A stretch of 41,363 bases of DNA from Hyphomicrobium sp. (GCA_040509255.1 JBEVLH010000158.1:1-41363); one strand, 5' to 3'. Counted from the stretch's first letter, positions 7,470-17,136 are shown. Made by a program: numbers and translations. Notes: generated by a model not told the origin, from the sequence alone.

Positions 7470-10334
7470 TCAGCCGAAGGCGCCGAAGTGATGTGAAATA
7501 CCGGTGCCGATTTCGCGCACGAACTCGTAGGAAATTTCCATCGGCGTCAGGATTTCCGTTTCGAGCCGAGCGTAATCGTCGATGCCGCGCGGACGGTAGC
7601 TCGCCTGCTCGTCGAAGGATTTCGCGGTGAGGCTTTTCTCGTCGTGCGGAAAGGCTTTGCGCAGGACGCTCAACACCTCGGGGATTTCGAGGCTCAGTGC
7701 CATCTCGAGCACCTGGGTGTGCGACAGGCCGTCTTGCGGAGCGAAGCGTGGCAACTGCGCCGCGAGAATAAAGATGCGCATGATCAATGCAAGGCGGATC
7801 GCCTGAAGCAGGTCGAGTTCGAGACGATTTTCATCGGGAACAATGCCGTCTTCGATATTCAAATCGGCAAGGATGGCGTGCAGGTCGATGGCATCGAGAC
7901 GCAGAAGATGCACCAGCTCGGAAATATCTCCATAACGGTCATCGGGCAGAAGATGAGTGGCAAGAGTGCGGAATGCGCTGTTCAGAGCCGCCTCGCGCCC
8001 CCATGACGCGCGCGTGGCCCAAAGGCCGGCGTTGAACACCTGGGCGTTGGCCGCCATGGCGTTGAGGCTCGATATCGTCTTGCCGTGCGCGATCATCGCC
8101 AGCAGGGACTGAAGCCGCTTTGACGATTTTGCGAGCTTGTAGAAGCGGTCGCGGTCGGCGCCGACGGCGGTGCCGAGGCCGGCGACAACGTTGGCGATAT
8201 AGCCGAATTGTTGAAGAATTGCGTTGTTCGGAATGGCGCGCATACGAGCCGGATTGCCGCGATCGGATTTATGATCACCCTGGCGCTTGACCGGACGCGA
8301 ACCGGTCTTGAACAGCAGGTTCGGGCCGAATGCGCCAAGCACGGCGCGATAGCCGTCGTGTGCGAACAGATCTTCCTGGAAACCGCGAAGACGCAAGAAA
8401 AAGTCCAGGCTGAAATCCTGCGCGGAATAAAACGGGTCTTTCTCGGCGGGCGGAATATCGCCGTCCATGACGATGGTGGCGAGCGCGCGCGTCGTGAGCG
8501 CCCGGTTGCCGAAGAACATGTAGCCATCGCCGCCCTGGAAGCTCGTCTCGTGCTTCACCGGGATTTTTGCGGCACCGAAACGGCGGCGGGCCTCATTGGT
8601 CATGACATAATGAAGGCGGCGATAGAGCGTGCCAGGGTGCGCGCCGCGGCCCATCGACTCGCCATGCGTCGAAAAGAGAAGCGTCTCGACGCCGTCGAGT
8701 TTTGCTTCCTCGACGATGGCCGCCAGCGCCTTGTAATAGCGTTCCACGGCAAGGGTGGCCGAGATTTGTCCGATAAAGCGACCGGCATCCGAGAAGCCTG
8801 TCTGGATGCTGATGCGATTGCGGCCCTTGACGTACTCGCGATAGGTCTCCTCCTCGACGAGGCGCTGCATAATGCGCGCGCCGTTCTCGAGGCCGAAGGG
8901 AGTTTCGAACAGCGGCGAGATGTCGGTGATGTGCTCCACGCCAAACAGCTTGGCGAAGAAGACGGCGATCAGGACGGTAGCGGGCGATTCACATTCGGCG
9001 ATGAGGAACCGGATCGGCGTTTCCTTATCGACGTGCTTCATAATCTGCGCCGTCAAGGCGAACTGGCGGATGGCGGTCGCGGTCTCGAGATCGAGCGTCG
9101 CGAAGTTCACCGTCTCGCGCGGCGTATTCCTGATCATCTCGACGATGCGTGCGAGGGACTGGCTCTCGGTGAGATCGCGGGTCCACGGCTCGTGGACGTA
9201 GGCGCGGAAGGCGTTGTGAAGCTGGAGCGCGTTGATGCGCAGGTGGATGTGCGACATGCCAAGGCCGGTCGCTTCAACAAGGCCCGCGAGCGCGGCCGTC
9301 GCGCGCTTCATCTGCGGCGCCTGAACGGTATCGATCAGAGTGTTGAACAGCGACTGCAGCGGCTCAATCGTCAACAAGTTGTAGCCGTCGGTCTTGGTGA
9401 TGATGTTGGCGGCTTTGGCGAGGCCCTCGCCGTCGCTGGTGAAGCTCTCAAGCGCCTTCAACTGCTCGTCGACTGCTGCGATCCCGAGATCGAGCTTGCC
9501 GACAATCTGGCGTGCGACACGCTGGGCGGCATCACCGCTCTCGAGCTTGTGCTTCAGCACGACGAAGCGCTCGCGGATGTCAGCAAGGGCTGCACGCTTT
9601 TCGCGAAGCCGGACCTCGAACGAGAACGTCCAGGCGATGTCGGTGCGGCCGTCAAGATCGTAGCCGACCCATGAGGCAAACGTCGTCAGCTTCGGACGCA
9701 GCTTGAACGCAGCATCGCCGAACTTCTGCGACGCGACGCTATAGAAGCCGTGCAGAAGCTCTTCGTAGGCGTTGCGGAGATTGCGGATCGCATCCTGCGC
9801 GCACTTGTGCTCGTGGTTGAGCGTCAACGCCGGCTCCGGGCGTTGCGGCAGACCGATCGTGGCGTCGGCGGTAGGATCGGCGACAGCGATGTCGACCATA
9901 CGGCGGTAGAGAGCGTCGGAGAGACCGAACGTCGGGTGCGCCGTCAGAACGATGCCTGTGCGAGCGCGCGACCAAGCGTTGGCGAAAGCTTGAATATCGT
10001 TGCCAGCTTCGTTCGCCGTTTTCTCAACGTATGAGGTGAAATCCTTTAGGGTGGTTGCCTGATCGACATATCCGACCTTGTCGCGCAAGCCGCGGGCACG
10101 ACGGACGCAGGCACGATCCATGAGGCGGCCGGCGAGCGCTTTCACCTCCTCGAAGGAAGTGGAATTCGACTCGAGCCGGCGCGAAATATCGAACGCAACG
10201 TTGAGGATCGGATTGAGCGATGGGTTATCGGGAATTTGCTCGCGGAGACGCTTCAGCTCGTCGATCAGCTCACTTTCGTCGAGCTTCGTCGAACCAACTG
10301 CCGGCGTCGTGTCCTGCATCACCAAAGGCTCCAT
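7470..10334 (-). CDS. ppc: Phosphoenolpyruvate carboxylase, divergent type (serine cycle)
   Basis: VLTAHPT catalytic His motif, SWVGYDLDGR, ISPLFET, GFSD, GSRP, RAIP; 954 aa; last gene of the serine-cycle cluster. Confidence 0.82.
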   Translation of the reverse strand: MEPLVMQDTTPAVGSTKLDESELIDELKRLREQIPDNPSLNPILNVAFDISRRLESNSTSFEEVKALAGRLMDRACVRRARGLRDKVGYVDQATTLKDFTSYVEKTANEAGNDIQAFANAWSRARTGIVLTAHPTFGLSDALYRRMVDIAVADPTADATIGLPQRPEPALTLNHEHKCAQDAIRNLRNAYEELLHGFYSVASQKFGDAAFKLRPKLTTFASWVGYDLDGRTDIAWTFSFEVRLREKRAALADIRERFVVLKHKLESGDAAQRVARQIVGKLDLGIAAVDEQLKALESFTSDGEGLAKAANIITKTDGYNLLTIEPLQSLFNTLIDTVQAPQMKRATAALAGLVEATGLGMSHIHLRINALQLHNAFRAYVHEPWTRDLTESQSLARIVEMIRNTPRETVNFATLDLETATAIRQFALTAQIMKHVDKETPIRFLIAECESPATVLIAVFFAKLFGVEHITDISPLFETPFGLENGARIMQRLVEEETYREYVKGRNRISIQTGFSDAGRFIGQISATLAVERYYKALAAIVEEAKLDGVETLLFSTHGESMGRGAHPGTLYRRLHYVMTNEARRRFGAAKIPVKHETSFQGGDGYMFFGNRALTTRALATIVMDGDIPPAEKDPFYSAQDFSLDFFLRLRGFQEDLFAHDGYRAVLGAFGPNLLFKTGSRPVKRQGDHKSDRGNPARMRAIPNNAILQQFGYIANVVAGLGTAVGADRDRFYKLAKSSKRLQSLLAMIAHGKTISSLNAMAANAQVFNAGLWATRASWGREAALNSAFRTLATHLLPDDRYGDISELVHLLRLDAIDLHAILADLNIEDGIVPDENRLELDLLQAIRLALIMRIFILAAQLPRFAPQDGLSHTQVLEMALSLEIPEVLSVLRKAFPHDEKSLTAKSFDEQASYRPRGIDDYARLETEILTPMEISYEFVREIGTGISHHFGAFG

Positions 10335-10386
10335 GTCCCCGCGAGGACGGAATTCTTATGAAGACTCAAATGTAGCGGAGAGGATG

Positions 10387-10415
10387 GCCGGAGGCAAAGA
10401 ATGGTCGCCTCCGGC
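10387..10415. other. Stem-loop between mtkB and ppc (no U-tract; possible mRNA stabiliser or pause site)
   Basis: Perfect 9-bp inverted repeat GCCGGAGGC/GCCTCCGGC. Confidence 0.5.
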
Positions 10416-10426
10416 AGCAATCCAAC

Positions 10427-11326
10427 TCAGGCTACCTTCCTCATCTGGCCGAGGACCTGCGCGACCGTCGAGCCCATCTCAGAGGGGGTCGGTGCGATCG
10501 TCACGCCGCATTCCTTCAGGATCTCGACCTTCTCCGCCGCCGACTCGCCGAACGCCGAGACGATAGCGCCGGCGTGGCCCATGCGCCGGCCCTTCGGAGC
10601 CGACAGACCGGCGATATAGGCGATCACCGGCTTCTTCATGTGTTCTTTCGCGAAGACGCCGGCTTCGGCTTCCTGCGGACCGCCGATTTCACCGATCATC
10701 AGAATGGCGTCGGTCTCGGGATCTTTCTCGAAAGCTTCGAGAACGTCGCGATGCGAGGAGCCGTTGATCGGATCGCCGCCGATGCCGACCGAGGTCGAGA
10801 CGCCGATGCCCAGCGCTCTCATCTGTTCCGCGGCCTCGTAGCCGAGAGTGCCGGAACGTCCGACGATGCCGACGCGTCCAGGAAGGTAGATGTGTCCCGG
10901 CATGATGCCGAGCATCGCCTTGCCTGGCGAGATCGTGCCGGCGCAGTTCGGGCCCGTCAGAACCATGCGGTTCTCTTTCTTGTAGCGCCGCATGTAGCGC
11001 TTCACGCGGATCATATCCTGGGCCGGGATACCGTCCGTGATGCAGACGCAGTATTGAATGCCGGCGTCGGCAGCTTCCATGATGGCGTCGGCCGCGAACG
11101 GCGGCGGCACGAAAACGATAGAGGCTTCGGCGCCCGTTTCGTCGACCGCGCCCTTGACGGTATTGAACACGGGTCGGCCAAGGTGAGAGGTGCCGCCCTT
11201 GCCGGGCGTGACGCCGCCGACGACGTTAGAGCCGTAGTCGATCATTTCTTGAGCGTGAAACGTGCCGATACGTCCGGTGAAGCCCTGGATCAGGATCGGC
11301 GTCTTTTCATTGATAAAGATTGCCAT
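10427..11326 (-). CDS. mtkB: Malate--CoA ligase (malate thiokinase) alpha subunit, SucD-like
   Basis: QGFTG, GVTPGKGG, GPNCAG, GRRMGHAGA phospho-His motif; located between mtkA and ppc. Confidence 0.88.
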   Translation of the reverse strand: MAIFINEKTPILIQGFTGRIGTFHAQEMIDYGSNVVGGVTPGKGGTSHLGRPVFNTVKGAVDETGAEASIVFVPPPFAADAIMEAADAGIQYCVCITDGIPAQDMIRVKRYMRRYKKENRMVLTGPNCAGTISPGKAMLGIMPGHIYLPGRVGIVGRSGTLGYEAAEQMRALGIGVSTSVGIGGDPINGSSHRDVLEAFEKDPETDAILMIGEIGGPQEAEAGVFAKEHMKKPVIAYIAGLSAPKGRRMGHAGAIVSAFGESAAEKVEILKECGVTIAPTPSEMGSTVAQVLGQMRKVA

Positions 11327-11344
11327 TGGTACGTTTCTCCGGAT

Positions 11345-12511
11345 TTAGGCCGCTTTTTTTGCTGCTTCGACGGCTTTTTTCGCCGCTTCCGCCAGCGTGT
11401 CTGCGCTGATGACAGTGAGACCGCTGGTATCGATGATTTTACGGCCTTCCTCGACGTTCGTTCCGGCGAGACGGACCACAATCGGCATCGTGAGGTTCAG
11501 TTCCTTGACGGCATCGACCACGCCCTTGGCGACCCAGTCGCACCGATTGATGCCAGCGAAGACGTTGACGAGGATGGCGCGGACGTTCTTGTCGCGAAGC
11601 ACGGCGCGGAACGATTTGGTTACGCGTTCGGGTGAAGCGCCGCCGCCGATGTCGAGGAAGTTTGCGGGCTCACCACCGGCGAGCTTGATCATGTCGAGCG
11701 TCGCCATCGCGAGGCCGGCACCGTTCACGATGCAGCCGATATCGCCATCGAGGCCAACGTAGGAGAGGCCACGATCGGACGCGTACGTCTCACGCGGATC
11801 TTCCTGGCTTTTGTCGCGAAGCTCGGCGATATGCGGACGGCGGAACAACGCGTTTTCGTCGAACGACATTTTGGCGTCGAGCGCGAGAACCTGCTTTTCC
11901 TTCGTGATGACGAGCGGGTTGATCTCGACCATCATGGCGTCGAGATCGCGGAACGCGCGGTAGCAACCCATGATCGCCGGCACGAGCTTGTTGACGATGT
12001 CGGGATCGACGCCCAAACCGAAAGCAAGCTCGCGGGCCTGGAACTGCTGCATGCCGACAGCCGGGTCGACCGTCACGCGGATGATCGTGTCGGGCTGGGT
12101 GGCCGAGATTTCCTCGATGTCCATGCCGCCTGCGGCGGACGCAACGACGACGATGCGCTCGGTCGCGCGGTCCATCACGAAGCCGAGGTAGATCTCGCGA
12201 TCGATGTTGGTCGCTTCTTCGATGTAGAGCCGCGACACGAGCTTGCCGGCGGGGCCTGTCTGATGAGTGACGAGCTTGCGGCCGAGCATCGACTCGGCTG
12301 CCTCTTCGATCTCGCGCTCGTTGCGGCAGAGCTTGACGCCACCCGCTTTGCCGCGTGCGCCAGAATGGATCTGGGCTTTGACGACGACGACGCCGCCGAG
12401 TTCGCTGGCGCGGTAGGTCGCCTGCTCGGGGCTATAGGCCAATCCACCGCGTGGGATCGGAACGCCAAACTTCGTGAGAAGTTCTTTTGCCTGATATTCG
12501 TGAATGTCCAT
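11345..12511 (-). CDS. mtkA: Malate--CoA ligase beta subunit, SucC-like
   Basis: [48 protein letters not shown]; serine-cycle context. Confidence 0.9.
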   Translation of the reverse strand: MDIHEYQAKELLTKFGVPIPRGGLAYSPEQATYRASELGGVVVVKAQIHSGARGKAGGVKLCRNEREIEEAAESMLGRKLVTHQTGPAGKLVSRLYIEEATNIDREIYLGFVMDRATERIVVVASAAGGMDIEEISATQPDTIIRVTVDPAVGMQQFQARELAFGLGVDPDIVNKLVPAIMGCYRAFRDLDAMMVEINPLVITKEKQVLALDAKMSFDENALFRRPHIAELRDKSQEDPRETYASDRGLSYVGLDGDIGCIVNGAGLAMATLDMIKLAGGEPANFLDIGGGASPERVTKSFRAVLRDKNVRAILVNVFAGINRCDWVAKGVVDAVKELNLTMPIVVRLAGTNVEEGRKIIDTSGLTVISADTLAEAAKKAVEAAKKAA

Positions 12512-12555
12512 TAGACGGACTCCTTAGGTATTATTCGACGTTTCCTGGCCTTTTA

Positions 12556-13512
12556 TTATTTCGCGCGGGCGGCTTCGCCCGCCTTGATCGCTGCAGCCGT
12601 AACGAGGAGGTTTTTCGCCATCTTCTCCGATGCAGCGTCGATCATCTTGCCGTCCAAGGATGCGGCGCCCTTACCTTGAGCCTCAGCCTCCTTCAGCGCC
12701 ACAAGGATGCGTTCGGCGCGTTCGACTTCCTTCGCGGTCGGAGAATAGATCTCGTTGGCGAGTTCGATCTGCGACGGATGGATGGCCCACTTGCCTTCCA
12801 TGCCGAGCGCCGCGCCACGGCGTGCTGCCGCCTTGTAGCCTTCGGGATCGTCGATGCCGCCGAACGGCCCGTCAATTGGCCTTAGGCCGAAGGCGCGGCA
12901 GGCGACTGTCATGCGCGACAGCGGGAAGTGCCACTGATCGCCGGGATAGTCCGGGTTCAAGCCGCCGATGACGACGGTGCGGGCCTTGTTGAAGGCGGAA
13001 TAGTCGGCGACGCCGAAGTGCATCGATTCAAGACGGCTCGGCGCGGATGCAATCGCTTCGACGTTGGCCATGCCGAGCGGCGTTTCAATGAGGGCTTCGG
13101 TGCCGATCTTGTTCGTCAGGCCTTTCGCAACTTCGATCTGGCTGACGATGCATTCCACGGTGTAGACGTCGGCGGGAACGCCGACCTTCGGAATGAGAAT
13201 GGTGTCGAGCTTGGACCCGGCCTGCTCGACGATGTCGACGACATCCCGATACATGTAGTGCGTGTCGAGGCCGTTGATGCGGACGGAAACGCTTTTGCCT
13301 GCGCCCTGCCAGTCAAGATCGTTCAGCGCCTGGATGATGTTCTTGCGGGCCTGCTCTTTCTCGGGCGGCGCCACGGCGTCTTCGCAATCGAGAAACACGT
13401 AGTCGGCGGCGCTCTTGATGGCGCGATCGATCATGCTCGGATTGGATCCCGGCACTGCGAGGTAAGAGCGCTGCAGGCGTTGCTTGCGGGTCGGGTAAAG
13501 CGTGAAGCTCAT
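12556..13512 (-). CDS. mclA: L-malyl-CoA lyase (HpcH/CitE family)
   Basis: RLQRSYLAVPGSNP, DCEDAVAP, VRINGLDTHYMYRDV, FGVADY, GKWAIHPSQI. Confidence 0.92.
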   Translation of the reverse strand: MSFTLYPTRKQRLQRSYLAVPGSNPSMIDRAIKSAADYVFLDCEDAVAPPEKEQARKNIIQALNDLDWQGAGKSVSVRINGLDTHYMYRDVVDIVEQAGSKLDTILIPKVGVPADVYTVECIVSQIEVAKGLTNKIGTEALIETPLGMANVEAIASAPSRLESMHFGVADYSAFNKARTVVIGGLNPDYPGDQWHFPLSRMTVACRAFGLRPIDGPFGGIDDPEGYKAAARRGAALGMEGKWAIHPSQIELANEIYSPTAKEVERAERILVALKEAEAQGKGAASLDGKMIDAASEKMAKNLLVTAAAIKAGEAARAK

Positions 13513-13575
13513 TCGGGGGTCGCCTTCCTAGGTCACAGTTCGCGTTTGTTATCGTTGGGTCGGGGTTGTCTCTCG

Positions 13576-13606
13576 AAAAGAGCACCCGGCCGCGATGGCC
13601 GAGTGC
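13576..13606 (-). terminator. Terminator-like hairpin between sgaA and mclA
   Basis: Minus strand GCACTCGGCC-ATCGC-GGCCGGGTGC followed by TCTTTT. Confidence 0.55.
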
Positions 13607-13614
13607 GAACGATG

Positions 13615-14832
13615 TTAGGCAGCCTTGGCCTGCGTCGGCGTCACGCCGGTCGCCGACTTGGTCGCGGTCTTGCTGAAGTATTCGGCGGCCGCGCCGGTAC
13701 CCGATCCGAGCTTGATGTTGATGCCGGTGTCCTTCAGCGCCATTTCGACGGCGAAGAGAACGCCGCCAATCATGAACTCATCGAGCGCGCCGAGGTGGCC
13801 GATGCGGAAGACCTTGCCCGCGACCTTGTTGAGACCCGTTCCGAGCGACGTGTTGTAGCGATAGTAAGCGGCCTTAAGCACGGCGTTGGCGTCGAAGCCT
13901 TCCGGCACCAGGATCGCCGACACGGTATCGGAGTGCCACTTCGGTTCCTTCGCGCAAAGCTTCAGTCCCCACGCATCGACGGCGTGACGGACGCCGGTCG
14001 CCAAGCGGTGATGTCGAGCGATGACGTTGTCGAGGCCTTCGGCGAAGATAAGATCGAGCGACGCGCGCAGACCGCGGATCAACTGCGTCGCTGGCGTATA
14101 CGGGAAATAGCCAAGATCGTTGGTCTTGATCATGTCTTCCCAAGAGAAGAAGCAGCGGTTCATGCGGCCGTTCTGCGTTTTGTTGACGTCGAGCGCCTTC
14201 TGGCTGACGGCGAGAATGCCGAGGCCGGTCGGCAGCATGAAGCCCTTCTGCGAACCGGAGACGCATGCATCGACGCCCCATTCGCCCATGCGCATGTCGA
14301 GCGAGCCGACCGACGAAACGCCGTCTACGAACAAGAGCGCGGGATGCTTGGCGGCGTCGAGTGCCTTGCGGACGCCGGCGATATCGGACGACACGCCCGT
14401 CGCGGTTTCGTTATGCGTCGCGAAGACAGCCTTGATCTCGTGGTTCTTATCCTTAGCGAGGATGTCGGCATACTTCTCAAGCGGCACGCCGGTGCCCCAC
14501 TCTTCGTCGCACAGTTCGACCTTGAGCCCCATGCGCTCGGCCATGTCGACCCAGAGCAGCGAGAACTGTCCGAAGCGGCTCATCAGAACCTTGTCACCGA
14601 CGGCGAGCGTGTTCTCGATTGCCGATTCCCAAGCGCCGGTGCCCGACGACGGGAAGATGAAAACTCTGCCATCCTTCATCTTGAAGACCTTCTTCAGGTC
14701 TTCGAAAACCGGCAGCGTGAATTTGGGAAATTCCGGAGAGCGCATGTCTTCCATGGGAAGGTTCATCGCCATGCGAACGGCATCTGGAATCGTTGTCGGG
14801 CCGGGGATGAAAAGATGGGGCGTAACGGTCAT
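13615..14832 (-). CDS. sgaA: Serine--glyoxylate aminotransferase
   Basis: Class-V PLP motifs (IPGPT, SSGTGAWE, HNETATGV, DGVSS, SQKG). 405 aa, closely resembling Hyphomicrobium SgaA as I recall it. GGAGG RBS. Confidence 0.95.
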   Translation of the reverse strand: MTVTPHLFIPGPTTIPDAVRMAMNLPMEDMRSPEFPKFTLPVFEDLKKVFKMKDGRVFIFPSSGTGAWESAIENTLAVGDKVLMSRFGQFSLLWVDMAERMGLKVELCDEEWGTGVPLEKYADILAKDKNHEIKAVFATHNETATGVSSDIAGVRKALDAAKHPALLFVDGVSSVGSLDMRMGEWGVDACVSGSQKGFMLPTGLGILAVSQKALDVNKTQNGRMNRCFFSWEDMIKTNDLGYFPYTPATQLIRGLRASLDLIFAEGLDNVIARHHRLATGVRHAVDAWGLKLCAKEPKWHSDTVSAILVPEGFDANAVLKAAYYRYNTSLGTGLNKVAGKVFRIGHLGALDEFMIGGVLFAVEMALKDTGINIKLGSGTGAAAEYFSKTATKSATGVTPTQAKAA

Positions 14833-15066
14833 AGAAGCGTTCCTCCGCGCTGCGTTGAGCCAAGCCGACGATCCCCGACGCAGCAGGGGAGACGTTCCGG
14901 CATGCTTTTGCTGATCCTTCCGCCCGATCGCAGATGCGGGCGTCAGTCTTAATTAGCAGGCGGACAGTGATGGTGGGAACGGAAAACTATCAACACCCGG
15001 TTGGGCAGATGGTGCTACCCACCTCAGCCTGCTTGGTGCAGTTCCCGGCGAGCGCGCGGCGTCACT

Positions 15067-15690
15067 TCAGGACTGCCCGTTACGGTTAATCGAAACGTGC
15101 AGTGCAACAGCCATGGCGCGATTCGATACGCCGAGTTTGTCGTATAAATTTTTCAGATGATATTTCACCGTATTGCGCGAGATTCCTGTGCGCGCCGCGA
15201 TCTGGAGATTGGTCCAGCCATTCGCTAGTGCAGCAAGTAACTCTCGCTCTCTGGCCGTCAGCCCTTCGAGCGGATCGTGATTCAAATGGTCGATGTCGAC
15301 ATACGGCAGCGACAAGCGGCCACGCGCGACGGATACGACGGCTTCCAGCAAAACTTGCGGATCTTCCGTCTTGGAGACGAAGCCCCAGGCGCCACCTTTT
15401 ATCGCTTGGCGAAGAACCTCGTGGGAACGCTCGCCAGTGTAGATGATGATCCGCGTCTGCCACTTCTCCTGACGGACGCGCGCGAGAACGGCGCCGCCGG
15501 TCATATCGGGCAACGTCCAACCGACGACCGCGATCTCGACCGGCTTCGATATGAGCGCGTTGATCAGCGCTTCGCCGCTCGGATACACGCCGCAGACGCT
15601 GAAGCGTCCGTCGCGCTCGATCAAGGCATCGAGACCGGCACGCACGACGGGATTTTGATCGGCGATCGTGACCTCGATCTTGGCGGCCAT
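15067..15690 (-). CDS. NarL/LuxR-family response regulator with atypical receiver domain
   Basis: REC fold followed by LuxR HTH (LTARERELL...TNLQIA...ISRNTVKYHLKNLYDKLGVSNR). ATG 15690 follows a GAGGAG RBS; the ORF track starts at GTG 15729. Confidence 0.88.
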   Translation of the reverse strand: MAAKIEVTIADQNPVVRAGLDALIERDGRFSVCGVYPSGEALINALISKPVEIAVVGWTLPDMTGGAVLARVRQEKWQTRIIIYTGERSHEVLRQAIKGGAWGFVSKTEDPQVLLEAVVSVARGRLSLPYVDIDHLNHDPLEGLTARERELLAALANGWTNLQIAARTGISRNTVKYHLKNLYDKLGVSNRAMAVALHVSINRNGQS

Positions 15691-15755
15691 CCGCGCGAAA
15701 CTCTCCTCAAAGGCCGGCGACGGCTTCACAGGCGTCCCGCACTCCGCCTCGAAAT

Positions 15756-15832
<77 letters not shown>

Positions 15833-15895
15833 AGCATCAGCCTCCCGGCGGTAGCGCATCGCGAATGATTCCAGCGTCCCGCATTCGGCCGGAGA

Positions 15896-15924
15896 GCTAT
15901 GAGGCGCGTGCCGACAGAGGTCAA
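15896..15924 (-). promoter_or_regulatory. Putative sigma70 promoter of tRNA-Arg
   Basis: TTGACC-N17-CATAGC on minus strand, about 60 nt upstream of the tRNA. Confidence 0.5.
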
Positions 15925-16200
15925 GCGCAGGTGCGATAGGCGCGGATCAAAGTCCGGGCAAACTACGTCGTTTTTCAACGCGTACCCCGCGCGTAAACAA
16001 GTGCGTGCAATGTCCCAATTTAGCTACTTTTGATTGAAATAGGCTCAAACTTCAGATAAGGAAGTGTCGCCGCGGGCGGGCAAACGGCCGAAAGGCCAAG
16101 CGGGGTTTGCGTCGAGGGACGCTCGCGGCAATTCTTTGTTCCGGAAAGCCCCCGATAGAGCGAAAAGCAGGGATTGCAGAAGCGCTTCCCGGCTTGGCGA

Positions 16201-17136
16201 ATGCCGCAGCGTGTGGTCCTGTTCGCCATGGCGGGGCGAAGGTGGGCACTGGTGTTTGGCGCGGTGGGGCTCGTGGTCCCCATGAGCGCCACTGCCGATC
16301 CGGCACCTGCCCCTTCACCGTGCGCGCTCGAGCCAGGGCCTGTTCGAACGGTAACGCGAATCGTCGACGGCGAAACCATCGTTCTCGACGACGGCAAAGT
16401 CGTCCGGCTGATCGGGGCGCTTGCGCCCCGAGCGCGTGATGCCGATGCGGTCTCCGGAGCGTGGCCGCCGGAACTCGATACCGTCAAGGCGCTCTCGGAT
16501 CTCGTACTTGCGAAGCGCGTCAAGCTCGCGTTCGCCGGCCGACGCTCCGATCGATACGGCCGCGAACTGGCGCAGATGTTCGTCATCGATCAAGGCCGCG
16601 AAGACTGGGTGCAAGGCTTTCTTCTTGCCGGCGGCTATGCCCGCGCGTACGGGCTGCCCGAAAGCTTCACGTGCGCGCGCGAACTGATGGCGCATGAGGC
16701 CGAGGCGCGTCGCACGCGGCTTGGGATCTGGAGCAATGGCGTCTATCGCGTGCTTCCCGCGGATCATCCGGGCGAGATCATGAAACAGCGCGGCAAGTAC
16801 GAGCGCGTGACTGGAACCATCGTTTCCGTGGGCCGTACCAAAAGCGCGACGTACCTCAATTTCAGCAAGGACTGGCGGAGCGATTTCACGGCGCGAATCG
16901 ATAAAAAGGTGCTGGCCGCAAATCCGGAGTTCGACCGCTCGCTCGATGGCCTTGCAAACAAGACGGTCGTCGTTCGCGGTTGGATCGAGCGGCGCAACGG
17001 ACCACTCATCGACATCGCGGACCCATCGCAACTGGAATCGCCGGACGACGCGGTGCCGAGCGAGGCCCCAAAAGAGTTGCGCCCGGCCCCGCCGGAAGGT
17101 GCGGAACCGAGCGCTGTAAATTTAAAGTCACTCTAA
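16201..17136 (+). CDS. Secreted thermonuclease (SNase)-family protein with C-terminal OB-fold-like domain
   Basis: Signal-like N-terminus; VTRIVDGETIVL, VRLIG, DRYGRELA, RLGIW; C-terminal YLNF..DW..DFT...VRGWIE domain. Start may be 16228. Confidence 0.8.
   Translation: MPQRVVLFAMAGRRWALVFGAVGLVVPMSATADPAPAPSPCALEPGPVRTVTRIVDGETIVLDDGKVVRLIGALAPRARDADAVSGAWPPELDTVKALSDLVLAKRVKLAFAGRRSDRYGRELAQMFVIDQGREDWVQGFLLAGGYARAYGLPESFTCARELMAHEAEARRTRLGIWSNGVYRVLPADHPGEIMKQRGKYERVTGTIVSVGRTKSATYLNFSKDWRSDFTARIDKKVLAANPEFDRSLDGLANKTVVVRGWIERRNGPLIDIADPSQLESPDDAVPSEAPKELRPAPPEGAEPSAVNLKSL
17070..17114 (-). terminator. Terminator of carD, embedded in the 3' end of the convergent SNase gene
   Basis: 14-bp stem GCGCTCGGTTCCGC/GCGGGGCCGGGCGC whose three G-U pairs form only on the minus strand, followed by AACTCTTTT. 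Confidence 0.6.

Noticed and set aside
10427-12511. sucCD (succinyl-CoA synthetase)
   Set aside because: Flanked by mclA and ppc rather than mdh/sucAB, so malate thiokinase is the better call; sequence alone cannot fully exclude succinate activity.
12928-14952. 674-aa plus-strand ORF, and similar long antisense ORFs (8208-9674, 10574-11635, 19955-22225, 3982-5184, 37556-38689)
   Set aside because: They lie opposite well-supported genes and have no recognisable motifs; they are expected shadows of GC-rich codon bias.
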